The notes below the pieces were generated by a model. It ran no database searches and had not been told where the DNA came from. It was given only the letters and a program-made list of their open reading frames with translations. A program made the position numbers and the translations under genes. Of a stretch of DNA of 64,000 nt, positions 1-10,065 are shown one piece after another. How positions within the stretch are numbered: the stretch's first letter is position 1; every line of letters begins with the position of its first letter. Origin of the DNA: Candidatus Uhrbacteria bacterium CG_4_9_14_3_um_filter_41_35 (GTDB taxonomy: Bacteria; Patescibacteriota; Patescibacteriia; UBA9934); NCBI GenBank assembly GCA_002791275.1, contig PFWT01000007.1, positions 26,859 to 90,858 on the forward strand, given 5' to 3'.

Positions 1-796
1 CGCCAGACATATCAATCTTCACTTTTGTCCCCAAACTAGAGCGAAGCTCATCTTCAAGCGCCAAAATATTTGGGTCTTTTTCATTGCTAGCCTTAGCCCT
101 TTTTGATGTAGATCTAACCCTCTCTTCTGCTTCTTTGACCGTGAGCTCTCCAGACAACATCTGGTTAAATAACTCGTGCCGTTTACGCAAGTTATCCTCA
201 CCCAAAAGCGTCTTTGCCTGTGACTTTGAGATATCCTCTTTTTGTAAAGCGTCGAGCATTTCGTCATCAAGCTCGAGTAAACGAATTGTGTTCGCAACTG
301 CCGATCGACTCTTCCCCACTCTCTCTGCCACTTCCTGTTGTGTAAGACTGAACAGATCCGCAAGTGACTTATAGGCTCTTGCCTCTTCAACGGTATTTAG
401 ATCCTGACGCTGAATGTTTTCTATGAGTGCTAACTCCAGCTTTTGCTGATCTGTTGCTGTGCGTACAATCACTGGCACAGCTGAAAGTCCGAGCATTTTA
501 GAAGCTCGCAAACGACGCTCCCCTGCGATAAGCTCGTATCTACCATCACCCACTTCGGTAACCGTAAGCGGTTGCATTATCCCGTGCTCTTTAATAGAGC
601 CAAGCAAATCCTCCAGCGAACTTGGTGAGAAGTACGAACGTGGCTGGTGCGGGTTTGCAACAATAAGTGCTGGGTCAATCTCAGTGATCCCTGAAGACTT
701 AACAATTACATCGGCTTCAGTATTTGGTTCTGGCGCAATTTTTTGTGGAATTAATGCACCGAGTCCTCTACCTAAACCTCCTTGTGGTTTTGTCAT
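1..796 (-). CDS. parB: ParB/Spo0J partition protein (3' end runs off window)
   Basis: Manual translation from ATG at 796: MTKPQGGLGRGLGALIP...NPHQPR...YELIAGERRLRA...ALIENIQRQDL; directly downstream of parA. Confidence 0.95.
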   Translation of the reverse strand, partial: MTKPQGGLGRGLGALIPQKIAPEPNTEADVIVKSSGITEIDPALIVANPHQPRSYFSPSSLEDLLGSIKEHGIMQPLTVTEVGDGRYELIAGERRLRASKMLGLSAVPVIVRTATDQQKLELALIENIQRQDLNTVEEARAYKSLADLFSLTQQEVAERVGKSRSAVANTIRLLELDDEMLDALQKEDISKSQAKTLLGEDNLRKRHELFNQMLSGELTVKEAEERVRSTSKRAKASNEKDPNILALEDELRSSLGTKVKIDMSG

Positions 797-802
797 AATA
801 TT

Positions 803-1567
803 TTATAGCTGTTCACGGTTCAAAAACTCGATCGCTAATCTTTCATAAGACTTATTTGCTTTGGAGGTTGGATCGTAGTGCAAAATAGTCTTACCAAAAC
901 TTGGGGCTTCTGCTAAGCGAATACTCCTAGGAATTACTGAGCGAAAGATTTTTTCTGGGAAATGTTTGTAGAGTTCCTGCAAAACTTGGTTCGAAAGTCG
1001 TGTGCGTGCATCAAACATTGTAATCACCGCCCCCATTATTTCGAGCTCTGGTTTGATGGATTGTTTTACTAGCTCAACAGTTTTCATAAGTTGCCCTAGT
1101 CCTTCGAGTGCAAAATATTCTGCCTGTACAGGAATTAGGACCGAATCAGCAGCCACCATACCGTTTATAGCCAGCAGACCAAGGGACGGTGGATTATCGA
1201 TTATAATATAATCATAATTGTTACGAACCTCGAGTAACGCATTGTGGAGTTTACGTTCCCGACTTAGTTCATTAACGAGCTCTACCGAAGCCCCGGCCAG
1301 GTTTGGGTTTGCAGCTAAAACGTGCAAGCCATCGTGATCAGTTTTTTGAACTAGATCAAGCGCACTTTTTAGCCCAGCCATCGCCTCATAAGTCCCTTCA
1401 AGTCCCTGAGTATCTAGTCCAAGTCCACTCGAAGCATTCCCTTGAGGGTCTAAATCTACAAGTAAAACAAATTTTCCCAGATTCGCTAAATGAGCCGCTA
1501 AATTGACGGAAGTTGTGGTTTTGCCCACGCCACCTTTTTGATTAACCACTGATACTACATGTGCCAT
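803..1567 (-). CDS. parA: ParA/Soj ATPase
   Basis: Deviant Walker A NQKGGVGKTT, DLDPQGN, IIIDNPP; likely start MAHVVSVV at 1567. Confidence 0.95.
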   Translation of the reverse strand: MAHVVSVVNQKGGVGKTTTSVNLAAHLANLGKFVLLVDLDPQGNASSGLGLDTQGLEGTYEAMAGLKSALDLVQKTDHDGLHVLAANPNLAGASVELVNELSRERKLHNALLEVRNNYDYIIIDNPPSLGLLAINGMVAADSVLIPVQAEYFALEGLGQLMKTVELVKQSIKPELEIMGAVITMFDARTRLSNQVLQELYKHFPEKIFRSVIPRSIRLAEAPSFGKTILHYDPTSKANKSYERLAIEFLNREQL

Positions 1568-1624
1568 AATGAGAATATTATAACAAAAAAATGCGCTAAG
1601 CCAAAGCACAGCGCATTTCAAAGT

Positions 1625-2287
1625 CTATCTTTGAACGTGCCTGTACATTAATATTTTTGAGATTGTTATGAGCGGCACTGCAACCACAATCCCGATTATC
1701 GATATCCCTGAAATATAAGAGCCACCAGATTCAACAATTTTCACCAGAAACAGATCCCACTTTGCTCCATTGGTCAATTCCTTACTTTTACTTAGCGCTT
1801 CGATTGGACCCATATTTTTATCAACAACCAAAATTGGTGCCCACATAAACATAAGTCCGAGAACGATCCCAGGAATTATAAAAAACATTATTCCCGCAAT
1901 CACCATTGCAGAGTACAAAAACATCACTGTAAAAAATGAAAAGATTTTTTTGTATTCCAAAAATAAATCCCCCACCTTCGCTTTATCATGATCGACAATA
2001 TTAAGTACTAATTTAATCCAACCAGCCGATATGATCGTTAGCAGCGCAACTAGTGCAATCACCAGGATTGCAGATAGTACAAAGAATGACCAAGCTGGAA
2101 AATAACTTGAATTAACTAGTCCCAACATCAGAGCATACACGGCAAAAACCCCTAAAAAAGAGGCTGAAGTTGCCATAACACTTAAAATTAAGGTAGACCA
2201 ATTGTCTTTAAAGTGACCCCAGGCTTTTCCGAGGATTTTATCGATGTAGAAATTGAAAAATGAATTATTGTATATTTCTTTAGACAT
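1625..2287 (-). CDS. Integral membrane protein (DUF975-like)
   Basis: Several TM segments; 'IIPGI...GPIEALSKSKELTNG' pattern. Confidence 0.6.
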   Translation of the reverse strand: MSKEIYNNSFFNFYIDKILGKAWGHFKDNWSTLILSVMATSASFLGVFAVYALMLGLVNSSYFPAWSFFVLSAILVIALVALLTIISAGWIKLVLNIVDHDKAKVGDLFLEYKKIFSFFTVMFLYSAMVIAGIMFFIIPGIVLGLMFMWAPILVVDKNMGPIEALSKSKELTNGAKWDLFLVKIVESGGSYISGISIIGIVVAVPLITISKILMYRHVQR

Positions 2288-2409
2288 ACCGCTGTATATT
2301 AATAATTATATGTACTTTGAGTTGTATTAAGTTAATACAATTAAACCATTTTATACCCAAAATAGCCAGAGTGGCTTGACAAATTCCTCTAACTTTACTA
2401 TTATTCTCC

Positions 2410-2485
<76 letters not shown>

Positions 2486-2486
<1 letters not shown>

Positions 2487-2517
2487 AAAACACACATGAT
2501 TTGCCATGTGTGTTTTT
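2486..2517. terminator. Bidirectional intrinsic terminator
   Basis: aaaaacacacatg-atttgc-catgtgtgttttt between convergent tRNA and permease. Confidence 0.7.
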
Positions 2518-2531
2518 ATTTATCCACAAGT

Positions 2532-3767
2532 CTATTCGTATCTAAGCGCATCAACTGGTTCTAGTTTTGCTGCCCGCTGAGCTGGATACAGGCCAAAAAC
2601 CACGCCCACAATAGTCGCCACACCAACCCCCATCAGCACAGCAGTTAACGGGATAGTAGCCATCCAACCATCGACATATTTTGAAGCCACATAACCACCA
2701 CCGAGCGACAATACTGCTCCAAGTAGAACTCCGATTATTCCACCAATCATTGTTAACAAAACTGCCTCAAATAAAAATTGGACTAAAATTTCCTTGTAAG
2801 TTGCACCGACCGATTTTCGTAAACCTATTTCTTTTGTTCGCTCAGTAACTGAAACTAACATAATATTCATAATACCGATCCCCCCGACCACCAGTGATAT
2901 AGCTGCAATCGATGCTAGAAGTATCGAGAGCACATTTCCAACAACCCCAATAATTTCAACAGCATCGCTTTGCGATGACACTAAAAAATCATCTTTCGCG
3001 GTGTCGCCCGCTGGATTATCTAGATTGTGTGAGTCTCGCAAAAGCCACCTTGCTTCGTCTTTTGTGTATTCAATATTACCGTCCTTTGCCCTACCTGTTA
3101 AATAATTCACATAGGTATCCCCCACCAAATCTCGTTGTACAGAAGTAACTGGTAATGCCACCTGCATATCTAAATTCTGAAAAAACCTAGTACCCTGATC
3201 TGCCATAACACCGATTACTCGATAAGGAGTGTTCTTAATCCTTATTCTTTGGCCTACCGGATTTCTATCTCCAAACAAATCTTTGGCAATCTCGCTACCG
3301 AGTACTGCGACTTTTGCACCGGATTCAAAATCGGTTTTTGTAATAAATGAGCCAAGCGCCACATTTGCTGGAAAAATATTCAGGTACTGATCGGTAACAC
3401 CAGCTATTTGTGAAAACTGGCTTTCCTGCTCGAATGTTACGGTTGTTGTAATATAAATACCAGCGTCAACAGCTGAAAAAATACCACTATTAACCCAAGC
3501 TTTGTAGTCCTTTAAATCAATCGTTTGTTCCACAAATGGATCTGGCGGACCACTAGTTGCAGTACCAGAACTCGGCTCTGCAAAAACTAAGTCTGCGCCT
3601 AAATCAGCCACCTGATTCAAAATCAATCCCTCTGCACTTCTACCAATAGAGAGCATCAAAATCACCGAGGAAATTCCAATTACGATTCCCAGAATAGTCA
3701 AAAAAGCCCGCGATTTATTTCTCGTGAGGGAGCTGGCTGAAGTTTCAATTAGGTCGGAAAATTTCAT
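2532..3767 (-). CDS. MacB/FtsX-family ABC transporter permease
   Basis: RAFLTILGIVIG; ISLVVGGIGIMNIMLVSVTERTKEIGLRK; PAQRAAKLEPVDALRYE. Confidence 0.92.
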   Translation of the reverse strand: MKFSDLIETSASSLTRNKSRAFLTILGIVIGISSVILMLSIGRSAEGLILNQVADLGADLVFAEPSSGTATSGPPDPFVEQTIDLKDYKAWVNSGIFSAVDAGIYITTTVTFEQESQFSQIAGVTDQYLNIFPANVALGSFITKTDFESGAKVAVLGSEIAKDLFGDRNPVGQRIRIKNTPYRVIGVMADQGTRFFQNLDMQVALPVTSVQRDLVGDTYVNYLTGRAKDGNIEYTKDEARWLLRDSHNLDNPAGDTAKDDFLVSSQSDAVEIIGVVGNVLSILLASIAAISLVVGGIGIMNIMLVSVTERTKEIGLRKSVGATYKEILVQFLFEAVLLTMIGGIIGVLLGAVLSLGGGYVASKYVDGWMATIPLTAVLMGVGVATIVGVVFGLYPAQRAAKLEPVDALRYE

Positions 3768-3768
3768 A

Positions 3769-4488
3769 TTATTTTCTAAAACTTTCGGTCCGTCTTTTCT
3801 TTACCAAGGTATCTGAAACTATTTCACCATCCCTAACCCTCACAATTCGCTTCGCAAATTCAGCTGCCTCTTCTTCGTGCGTTACCATTATAATTGTTCG
3901 CCCCTGATCGTTTAGTTTTTGGAAAATTTTAAGCACCTCTAAACCAGAATTTGTATCTAAATTTCCCGTTGGTTCGTCTGCGCAAATTATTCCAGGTTCA
4001 TTCACCAAAGCCCTTGCGATTGCTACACGTTGACGCTCACCCCCTGAAATTGTGTTGGCTTTAAAATCTAAACGATGTTCCATCCCCACTTCTTTTAATG
4101 CCTTGATTGCCCGTTTTTTTCGTTCAATTTTTGGAATCTTAGCGTAGATCATTGGTAGCGACACGTTTTCAAGTACAGTTGAACCAGCAAGTAAGTTAAA
4201 AAATTGAAAGACAAAACCAACTTCATCGCGACGCATCACCGCAAGTTCATCATTAGTTAATTTTGCAACATTTTTTCCTTTAAAATAATATTCTCCTGCG
4301 CTCAGGTGATCTAAAAAACCAATAATATGCATTATAGTTGATTTTCCAGATCCAGACGGACCCATGATTGCCACAAACTCCCCTTCATCAACTTTTAAAT
4401 CAATCGCGCGCAAAACTGAAGTTACCACGTCTCCATTTGTAAATTCCCGCTCAACTTTTTTTAGTTCTACAAAAGGTTTACTTTTCAT
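3769..4488 (-). CDS. ABC transporter ATP-binding protein (MacB/LolD type)
   Basis: GPSGSGKST, ISGGERQRVAIARAL, ADEPTGNLD. Confidence 0.93.
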   Translation of the reverse strand: MKSKPFVELKKVEREFTNGDVVTSVLRAIDLKVDEGEFVAIMGPSGSGKSTIMHIIGFLDHLSAGEYYFKGKNVAKLTNDELAVMRRDEVGFVFQFFNLLAGSTVLENVSLPMIYAKIPKIERKKRAIKALKEVGMEHRLDFKANTISGGERQRVAIARALVNEPGIICADEPTGNLDTNSGLEVLKIFQKLNDQGRTIIMVTHEEEAAEFAKRIVRVRDGEIVSDTLVKKRRTESFRK

Positions 4489-4489
4489 A

Positions 4490-6325
4490 CTAAAGGATAG
4501 ATACAATTATCTCCTCCCCCTCGTTAAGACCCGACAAAATTTGCACAAATCCACCGTCAGCAAACAAACCAGTAACTACAAGAATTTCTTTATAGTTATC
4601 TTGATCCTTGATTCGAACAACTGTTTCTCCATTATCATTTTTCAATATTGCCCGCCGAGGAATGTACACAGCGTTAGCTAGATTTTCGGTTTCAATTAAG
4701 ATATTTGCCGTCATTCCTGGTTTTAAATCTGTAAGATTGCCAGCGTTCAAAAATATATCTACTTCGTAATAAATAACCCCCTCAATTTCTTTTTGTGCCG
4801 GATTAATTGCGCCAACATAACCATCAAATACTGAACTGTCGGAAAATGCATCAAAAGTTATCTTGACTTTGTCTTTTAGGGAAACCTTTGAAATGTCTGA
4901 CTCCGCTATGTTTGCGACTACTTTAAACTGATCATCATCGGTTGTTTGAACAACAAATACTGGCGTTTGTTGACTCACTTGTTCCCCAACCTTTGCGTTC
5001 ACTGCAGTTACCCTACCACTGATTGGGGCGATAATTTGAGCTTTTTCAAGTCTTGCTTTTGAAGCATCAAGATCAGCTTTAGCCCGGGCCACATCTGCCC
5101 TAAAAGTCGCTAAATCAACAGTTCGTGGATTAGCTTCAATCTCGCCTAGCGAAGCCTGCGCTTTTTCAAGTTCAGCTTTTCTTAAAGTCACACTCGAATC
5201 TGCAATACTGGTATTGCTTAACTGATTAGAAAGTGCTCGCTCGTACGCTTGTTTTGCTTTTGACAGAGCGTTAACAGCGTTGTTTTCTAAAATATTTGCG
5301 TCTAGCGAACTACTTAAAAAATTCTGCTTCACGGTTAAAAAATTTGATTCTTCAGTTTGAATTGTATTTCGCGCCAAGTCAATACTAGCCTTATAACCCT
5401 GCAAATCTGCGGTCGTAAAATCGATCGTGTTTGCTGTTGTCGCGTCAAGAACTTGTCTCGTATATAGAAGCAAAATTGAAGTATTGTGAAGAGCTCCTTC
5501 TACTATTAAAGCTCCGTTTTGAATTTCTTCATCTGTATTGTTAGCCGAGAGTTCAAATACAATTTCCTCCGCCTGATCACGTGATACCTGAGCTGAGCTA
5601 AAAGCGCGCTCAGCAAAACCCAATTTATTTGGATTCAGCGCAGATAGGTAGGGGTAAAAATTAGTGTTAATGATAGTATTTTCAACACCAAGAATTTCAT
5701 CCGCATCTGCCATAGTGCCGCGAACATCTATAATTGCAGATTTAAGTGCGTTTGTATAATTCTCCCGAGCTTCTCTAAGGTTCAAAATATTTTTTGCTTT
5801 AGTATCCTCAAGTTCGCTTTTTGCAGTTTCAAGAGTAACTAAAGCCTCAGACACATTCGATTTTTCGATAATTTTTGTATTTTCAAGATCGGTCTCACTA
5901 GCCTGTAAGTTTGCCTCTGCCACTGAAACACTAGAAAAAACAACGGCAACAGACTCATTAGTAGCTCCGGCCAACTCTTGATTTAACTTAGCGTTAGCAA
6001 TCGCTAGCTGTTGCTCTGAAGCTCGAACTTCAGCTTTTAAATCAGTCGCGGTTAAAACCGCTAGTATATCTCCAGATTCAACGATATCACCCACCTCAAA
6101 ACTAATTCCATCAACCGTACCCGCAGTTTCGAAAGATAAGTCCACTTTTTGTATAGAAGTTAAATCACCAGACGCATCAACGGTTTGCATTAAATCACCT
6201 TTTTGAACCTGATAAAAAATATAGTTTTCTTTCGGATTTTTCTTAAGAGAAAAAATTAACGTAATTGCAATCAAAAATATGATCAGAGTAGCAATCCAAA
6301 ACCATTTGTTTTTTAGTAGCTTCAT
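4490..6325 (-). CDS. MacA/HlyD-family membrane fusion (adaptor) protein with long coiled coil
   Basis: N-terminal TM, lipoyl halves (GTVDGISFEVGD; IIAPISGRV), LKPGMTA; start MKLLKNK at 6325. Confidence 0.85.
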   Translation of the reverse strand: MKLLKNKWFWIATLIIFLIAITLIFSLKKNPKENYIFYQVQKGDLMQTVDASGDLTSIQKVDLSFETAGTVDGISFEVGDIVESGDILAVLTATDLKAEVRASEQQLAIANAKLNQELAGATNESVAVVFSSVSVAEANLQASETDLENTKIIEKSNVSEALVTLETAKSELEDTKAKNILNLREARENYTNALKSAIIDVRGTMADADEILGVENTIINTNFYPYLSALNPNKLGFAERAFSSAQVSRDQAEEIVFELSANNTDEEIQNGALIVEGALHNTSILLLYTRQVLDATTANTIDFTTADLQGYKASIDLARNTIQTEESNFLTVKQNFLSSSLDANILENNAVNALSKAKQAYERALSNQLSNTSIADSSVTLRKAELEKAQASLGEIEANPRTVDLATFRADVARAKADLDASKARLEKAQIIAPISGRVTAVNAKVGEQVSQQTPVFVVQTTDDDQFKVVANIAESDISKVSLKDKVKITFDAFSDSSVFDGYVGAINPAQKEIEGVIYYEVDIFLNAGNLTDLKPGMTANILIETENLANAVYIPRRAILKNDNGETVVRIKDQDNYKEILVVTGLFADGGFVQILSGLNEGEEIIVSIL

Positions 6326-6406
6326 AGATAAATGAATTATACTCTTTTTTAAGTTATACTTAAAATTTTCCACAAACAAAAAACTTCCGAAAATTCGGAA
6401 GGTTTT

Positions 6407-6483
6407 TGGTGACTGAGGAGGGAGTTGAACCCTCGACCTCGGGCTTATGAGTCCCACGCTCTAACCAACTGAGCTACTCAGTC
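6407..6483 (-). tRNA. tRNA with CAT anticodon (probably elongator Met; Ile2 not excluded)
   Basis: GACTGAGTAGCTCAGTTGGTTAGAGC...CTCATAA...GGTTCAACTCC...CTCAGTCACCA. Confidence 0.9.
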
Positions 6484-6515
6484 ATATTTTATTCTACTCT
6501 GCCATTAAAACAGAT

Positions 6516-6600
6516 TGGTGCCGCGGGCGGGAATCGAACCCGCATGGGTTTCCCCACACGATTTTGAGTCGTGCGCGTATACCAGTTCCGCCACCGCGGC
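6516..6600 (-). tRNA. tRNA-Leu (CAA)
   Basis: GCCGCGGTGGCGGAACTGGTATACGC...CTCAAAA, long variable arm, CCA end. Confidence 0.95.
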
Positions 6601-6704
6601 ATAAAATGTGCGATTAGAATATCAAATATATATGATTTCGTCAACAATTATCTAGTCAGCTAAATCTTTCAATATTTCTAGAAAAATGCTATACTTTTCG
6701 CATT

Positions 6705-7169
6705 ATGACACTAAGTACCCACACAGCCATTGGCGCAATTATTGGCTTTAGCTTCGGTAACCCTATAGTTGGTTTCATTCTTGGTTTTATTTCACATTTT
6801 TTAGTGGATATGATCCCACATGGAGATAGTGAAATCGCAGATCAATACAAGGTTCAAAAAGTAAACGTCAAAAAAATTCTAGCCTACATGATGATCGACG
6901 CCGTAACTGCAATAATTTTGATCGTCACACTTTTTGAAACCCGCTCAGCTGATAATACCGCTGTTCTCGGAGCTTCAATAGCTGGAAGTGTTCTTCCTGA
7001 CCTACTTGTTGGAATTTACGAAGTAACCAAATCTAAATATCTACTTTGGTTCAACAGACTTCACTTCTTTTTCCATGACTACTTCATTATCAAGTATCAC
7101 GACATCAAACTCCCCTACTCACTTCTTGGTCAGTTCATCTTCATCTTCTTGGTTTTTAAGACAATTTAA
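6705..7169 (+). CDS. Membrane protein, possible metal-dependent hydrolase
   Basis: TM helices with THTAIG, SHFLVDMIPH, LPD and HFFFH motifs. Confidence 0.55.
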   Translation: MTLSTHTAIGAIIGFSFGNPIVGFILGFISHFLVDMIPHGDSEIADQYKVQKVNVKKILAYMMIDAVTAIILIVTLFETRSADNTAVLGASIAGSVLPDLLVGIYEVTKSKYLLWFNRLHFFFHDYFIIKYHDIKLPYSLLGQFIFIFLVFKTI

Positions 7170-7657
7170 AAAAGAACTTCGGACCCCAAACTGCCAATGG
7201 TCATAATCACCCCAGCCACAACCACACCAGAAGCAATCCCGATAAACGCATACTTAACCGGCACCTTGAGTGCAATTGCTGAAAGTGTAGCTGTCCAAAG
7301 ACCGGTTAGTGGCAGAGGTATTGCTGTAAACAGAAATAATGCGAGCGCTCCATAGCGCGCGTATTTTTTTTCAACTTTATTATGCGCCCGACTAACCGCG
7401 TTGTCTATTATTCTAGTGAGCCATGGCGTATGCTTTTTTGATAATTTTCGAAGCTGATCAAGACCATAGTACAGAGGAAAAAATGGAACCAGATTACCAA
7501 GTACCGCTAAGCCAAAAGCATTATAGGGGTTAACTCCCCAGACACGAATCGCCACCGGAATCGTTAGCCTAAGTTCTGTGATCGGAAAAGCTGATAAAAT
7601 AAAAGTTGCAAGTTCCGGTGAGAATTGGGAAAAATATTGAAAAATAGCTTCAGTCAT
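7166..7657 (-). CDS. Small multi-drug export family protein (COG2426-like)
   Basis: FPITELRLTIP; LFTAIPLPLTGLWT. Confidence 0.8.
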   Translation of the reverse strand: MTEAIFQYFSQFSPELATFILSAFPITELRLTIPVAIRVWGVNPYNAFGLAVLGNLVPFFPLYYGLDQLRKLSKKHTPWLTRIIDNAVSRAHNKVEKKYARYGALALFLFTAIPLPLTGLWTATLSAIALKVPVKYAFIGIASGVVVAGVIMTIGSLGSEVLF

Positions 7658-7662
7658 AAATA

Positions 7663-8646
7663 TTATGGTTTTTGTGGCCAGCTGAAGACCTTAAATGCCC
7701 ACGCAGCTAAACCCTTGGCTTCATTTACTCGCGCATCTTTACTTTCAGCCCCCATCACAACAACGTGCACAGCGTCACCCTCTCGATCAATTGTTGTAAC
7801 TAGAACATAACCCGCCTGAGGCAAATAACCAGTCTTACCACCCACGATTTTGTAGCTACCCTCGTTCAAGTAACTGGCTAATAATTTGTCGGTATTTTCT
7901 ATCGTAATTACCTGACCACTATTTTGAACTATCTGGATCGACTCTGAAGTCATATATTTTTTCAAAATTGACTTCGTTTCCGCAGTCTCAAGAAGTTTTA
8001 TTAGATCAGTTGCGGTCGAGGTATTCGTTGCATCTATCCCCGTTGGGTCTGTAAAAATAGTTGAGTTCATGCCAAAGTCCTTGGCTTTTTCGTTCATCTT
8101 CTGAACAAAAACCTCCTTACTCATTCCCGAAAATCTAGCCAGTGATTCCGTAGCAGTGTTGTCTGAACCTACTAAACTCGCTGCTAAAACATCTTCGAGT
8201 TTTAAAGGATCGTAGAAGGCAAGGTAAATTCTACCTCCGGTCACCAAATCCAAGCTCGGATCTAGTGAAACTAACCGGGTTAGATCTGGTTCAGTGTCTA
8301 GGAACACAAGAGCACTCATAAGCTTCGTAACGCTCCCGATAGGCCTAACGTCATTTGGATGCTTAGCTAGCAAAACCATTCCACTGGCACTGTCTACAAC
8401 AAGGGCGCTATGTGCTGTTGTTACAATACCGTAAGAATCTGTATCAATTTTGACTGGAAAATCTCTTTCAACTCGTTCCTCGGCAATTGGCAAGAAGTTA
8501 GTTGGAATAGATAGTTCTTGACCAGAAAACTGTGCGGACTCAAAACTACCAGCGCCAGCAATCCATTCAAGATATGCAGCGTCAGCAGGTAGTATTTGGA
8601 TCATTGCAATAGCAAAAATCGCTTGTCCGATCAGTTTCATAAGCAT
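7663..8646 (-). CDS. D-alanyl-D-alanine carboxypeptidase/endopeptidase (peptidase S11)
   Basis: SxxK (SVTK), SDN, KTG motifs. Confidence 0.88.
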   Translation of the reverse strand: MLMKLIGQAIFAIAMIQILPADAAYLEWIAGAGSFESAQFSGQELSIPTNFLPIAEERVERDFPVKIDTDSYGIVTTAHSALVVDSASGMVLLAKHPNDVRPIGSVTKLMSALVFLDTEPDLTRLVSLDPSLDLVTGGRIYLAFYDPLKLEDVLAASLVGSDNTATESLARFSGMSKEVFVQKMNEKAKDFGMNSTIFTDPTGIDATNTSTATDLIKLLETAETKSILKKYMTSESIQIVQNSGQVITIENTDKLLASYLNEGSYKIVGGKTGYLPQAGYVLVTTIDREGDAVHVVVMGAESKDARVNEAKGLAAWAFKVFSWPQKP

Positions 8647-8649
8647 AAA

Positions 8650-9234
8650 CTACTCCTCATCTTCTTTAACCACCTCCTCAGTCTTCTCTCCAACCAAAAG
8701 GTTTTCAAGCATCTGACTAATCTTTGCATTATGGTGTAGACTCTCGTAATCTGGAAGCTCCTCAACACCATGCAAACCAAGGTGGCGTAACATTTCTGTT
8801 GAAAGCGTAAAAACATTTTGCATCCGAATTTCGTCTTCACGTTCCACAATAAGACCGCGCATTAGCAAATTTCTCAAGATTACCGAACAGTTAACCCCGC
8901 GAATATATTCTATTTCTGGCTTTGTCATTGGCCCTCTATAAGCCACAATTGTGAGTGTTTCAAGTTGTGGTTTTGTGAGTTCAGACTCTGTCTCCTCTTT
9001 ACTCATCGAACTTAAGATGTCGGCAAAATTTGGATTTGTACCAAGCTCCACTGCTCCGTTTGCCACAATGACGTGAATACCTGAGGTTTTAATATTTCTA
9101 AAAACCTTTAAGTCATTAATTTCATTTTCAATCTCTGTTTCTTTTAGACCCAAAATCTTCCCGAGCTTATGAAAAGAAACCGGTCTTGCTGATAGTAAAA
9201 GGATTGATTCAATTTTAGCTTGAGTTTCGTTCAT
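8650..9234 (-). CDS. scpB: SMC-Scp complex subunit ScpB
   Basis: LETLTIVAYRGPMTKPEIEYIRGVN; adjacent to scpA. Confidence 0.92.
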   Translation of the reverse strand: MNETQAKIESILLLSARPVSFHKLGKILGLKETEIENEINDLKVFRNIKTSGIHVIVANGAVELGTNPNFADILSSMSKEETESELTKPQLETLTIVAYRGPMTKPEIEYIRGVNCSVILRNLLMRGLIVEREDEIRMQNVFTLSTEMLRHLGLHGVEELPDYESLHHNAKISQMLENLLVGEKTEEVVKEDEE

Positions 9235-9935
9235 ATTTTTTCAATTGCAATGTCGTTATCATCTTTTTGTGTAGCTCTAACCACTTGCCGTCTCACAAGC
9301 TCAAGTAAAGCCAAAAAGCTCACTACCACGTCTGGTTTACTTTTTGCACTTCTAACTATTTCTTTAAATGTCATCGAGGCACGGGTAGTAATCACACTTG
9401 TGAGTTCCTTTAACTTTTCTTCGATAGATTGCACCCTCTCGATACTGGCTTGCGACAATGCAAAAAAAGGTGCCAAGCGTTTCAACACCCAACCAAAAGC
9501 TAAATGTAGACTTTCGGCAGTAGCATTTGCCGGAATTACAAAACGTACCTCTTCCTCTTTCTTTTCGATTCTCGATCTTGGCTGTTTAAATATATAACCA
9601 GCTTCCTTAAAACATTCTTCAATGCGCTCCGCAGCTTCAACGAAAATACGATAAGCTCTTAGTTGTTCTTCGAGTGTTGTTAAGCCTTCCTCCTCTTCAT
9701 CGATTCTAAGGTACGGCATTAATTCCCGACTTTTTACGTATATGAGGCGCGAAGCCACAACCAAAAAATCAGCAAGCTCATCGCCTGGGACTTCCGCTTT
9801 ATCAAGATACGCTAAATAATCATCTGCAATCTTTGCAAGCGACACCTCTTTGATTTCCAAGGCCTTTTTATCCAGTAACTCCAGTAATAATCCTAGTGGA
9901 CCTGAAAACGATTCCTGTTCAACAGCGAATGTCAT
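9231..9935 (-). CDS. scpA: Segregation/condensation protein ScpA
   Basis: FSGPLGLLLEL; VVVSFLALLEL. Confidence 0.92.
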   Translation of the reverse strand: MTFAVEQESFSGPLGLLLELLDKKALEIKEVSLAKIADDYLAYLDKAEVPGDELADFLVVASRLIYVKSRELMPYLRIDEEEEGLTTLEEQLRAYRIFVEAAERIEECFKEAGYIFKQPRSRIEKKEEEVRFVIPANATAESLHLAFGWVLKRLAPFFALSQASIERVQSIEEKLKELTSVITTRASMTFKEIVRSAKSKPDVVVSFLALLELVRRQVVRATQKDDNDIAIEKI

Positions 9936-10023
9936 AATACAGCCATTTTAGCACAGAATGAATAACAAAAGAAAGTTTGTTTAGCGCGTCTTAACAAATA
10001 ACTCAAGCCTATTTCTAGAGTGA

Positions 10024-10059
10024 AAATCAAAATACCCTATAATTAGGGTATTTTGATTT
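10024..10059. terminator. Perfect long inverted repeat downstream of aspS
   Basis: aaatcaaaataccct...agggtattttgattt. Confidence 0.7.
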
Positions 10060-10065
10060 CTTGGG

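Noticed and set aside
19-848. Short ORFs 19-390, 84-374, 459-848 and the many antisense ORFs over ribosomal, tuf, fusA and M23 genes
   Set aside because: Shadow frames of well-supported genes (parB here was missed by the track because it runs off the window)
6326-6457. Extended N-terminus of the MacA-like ORF
   Set aside because: Overlaps a tRNA and its terminator; real start is probably ATG at 6325
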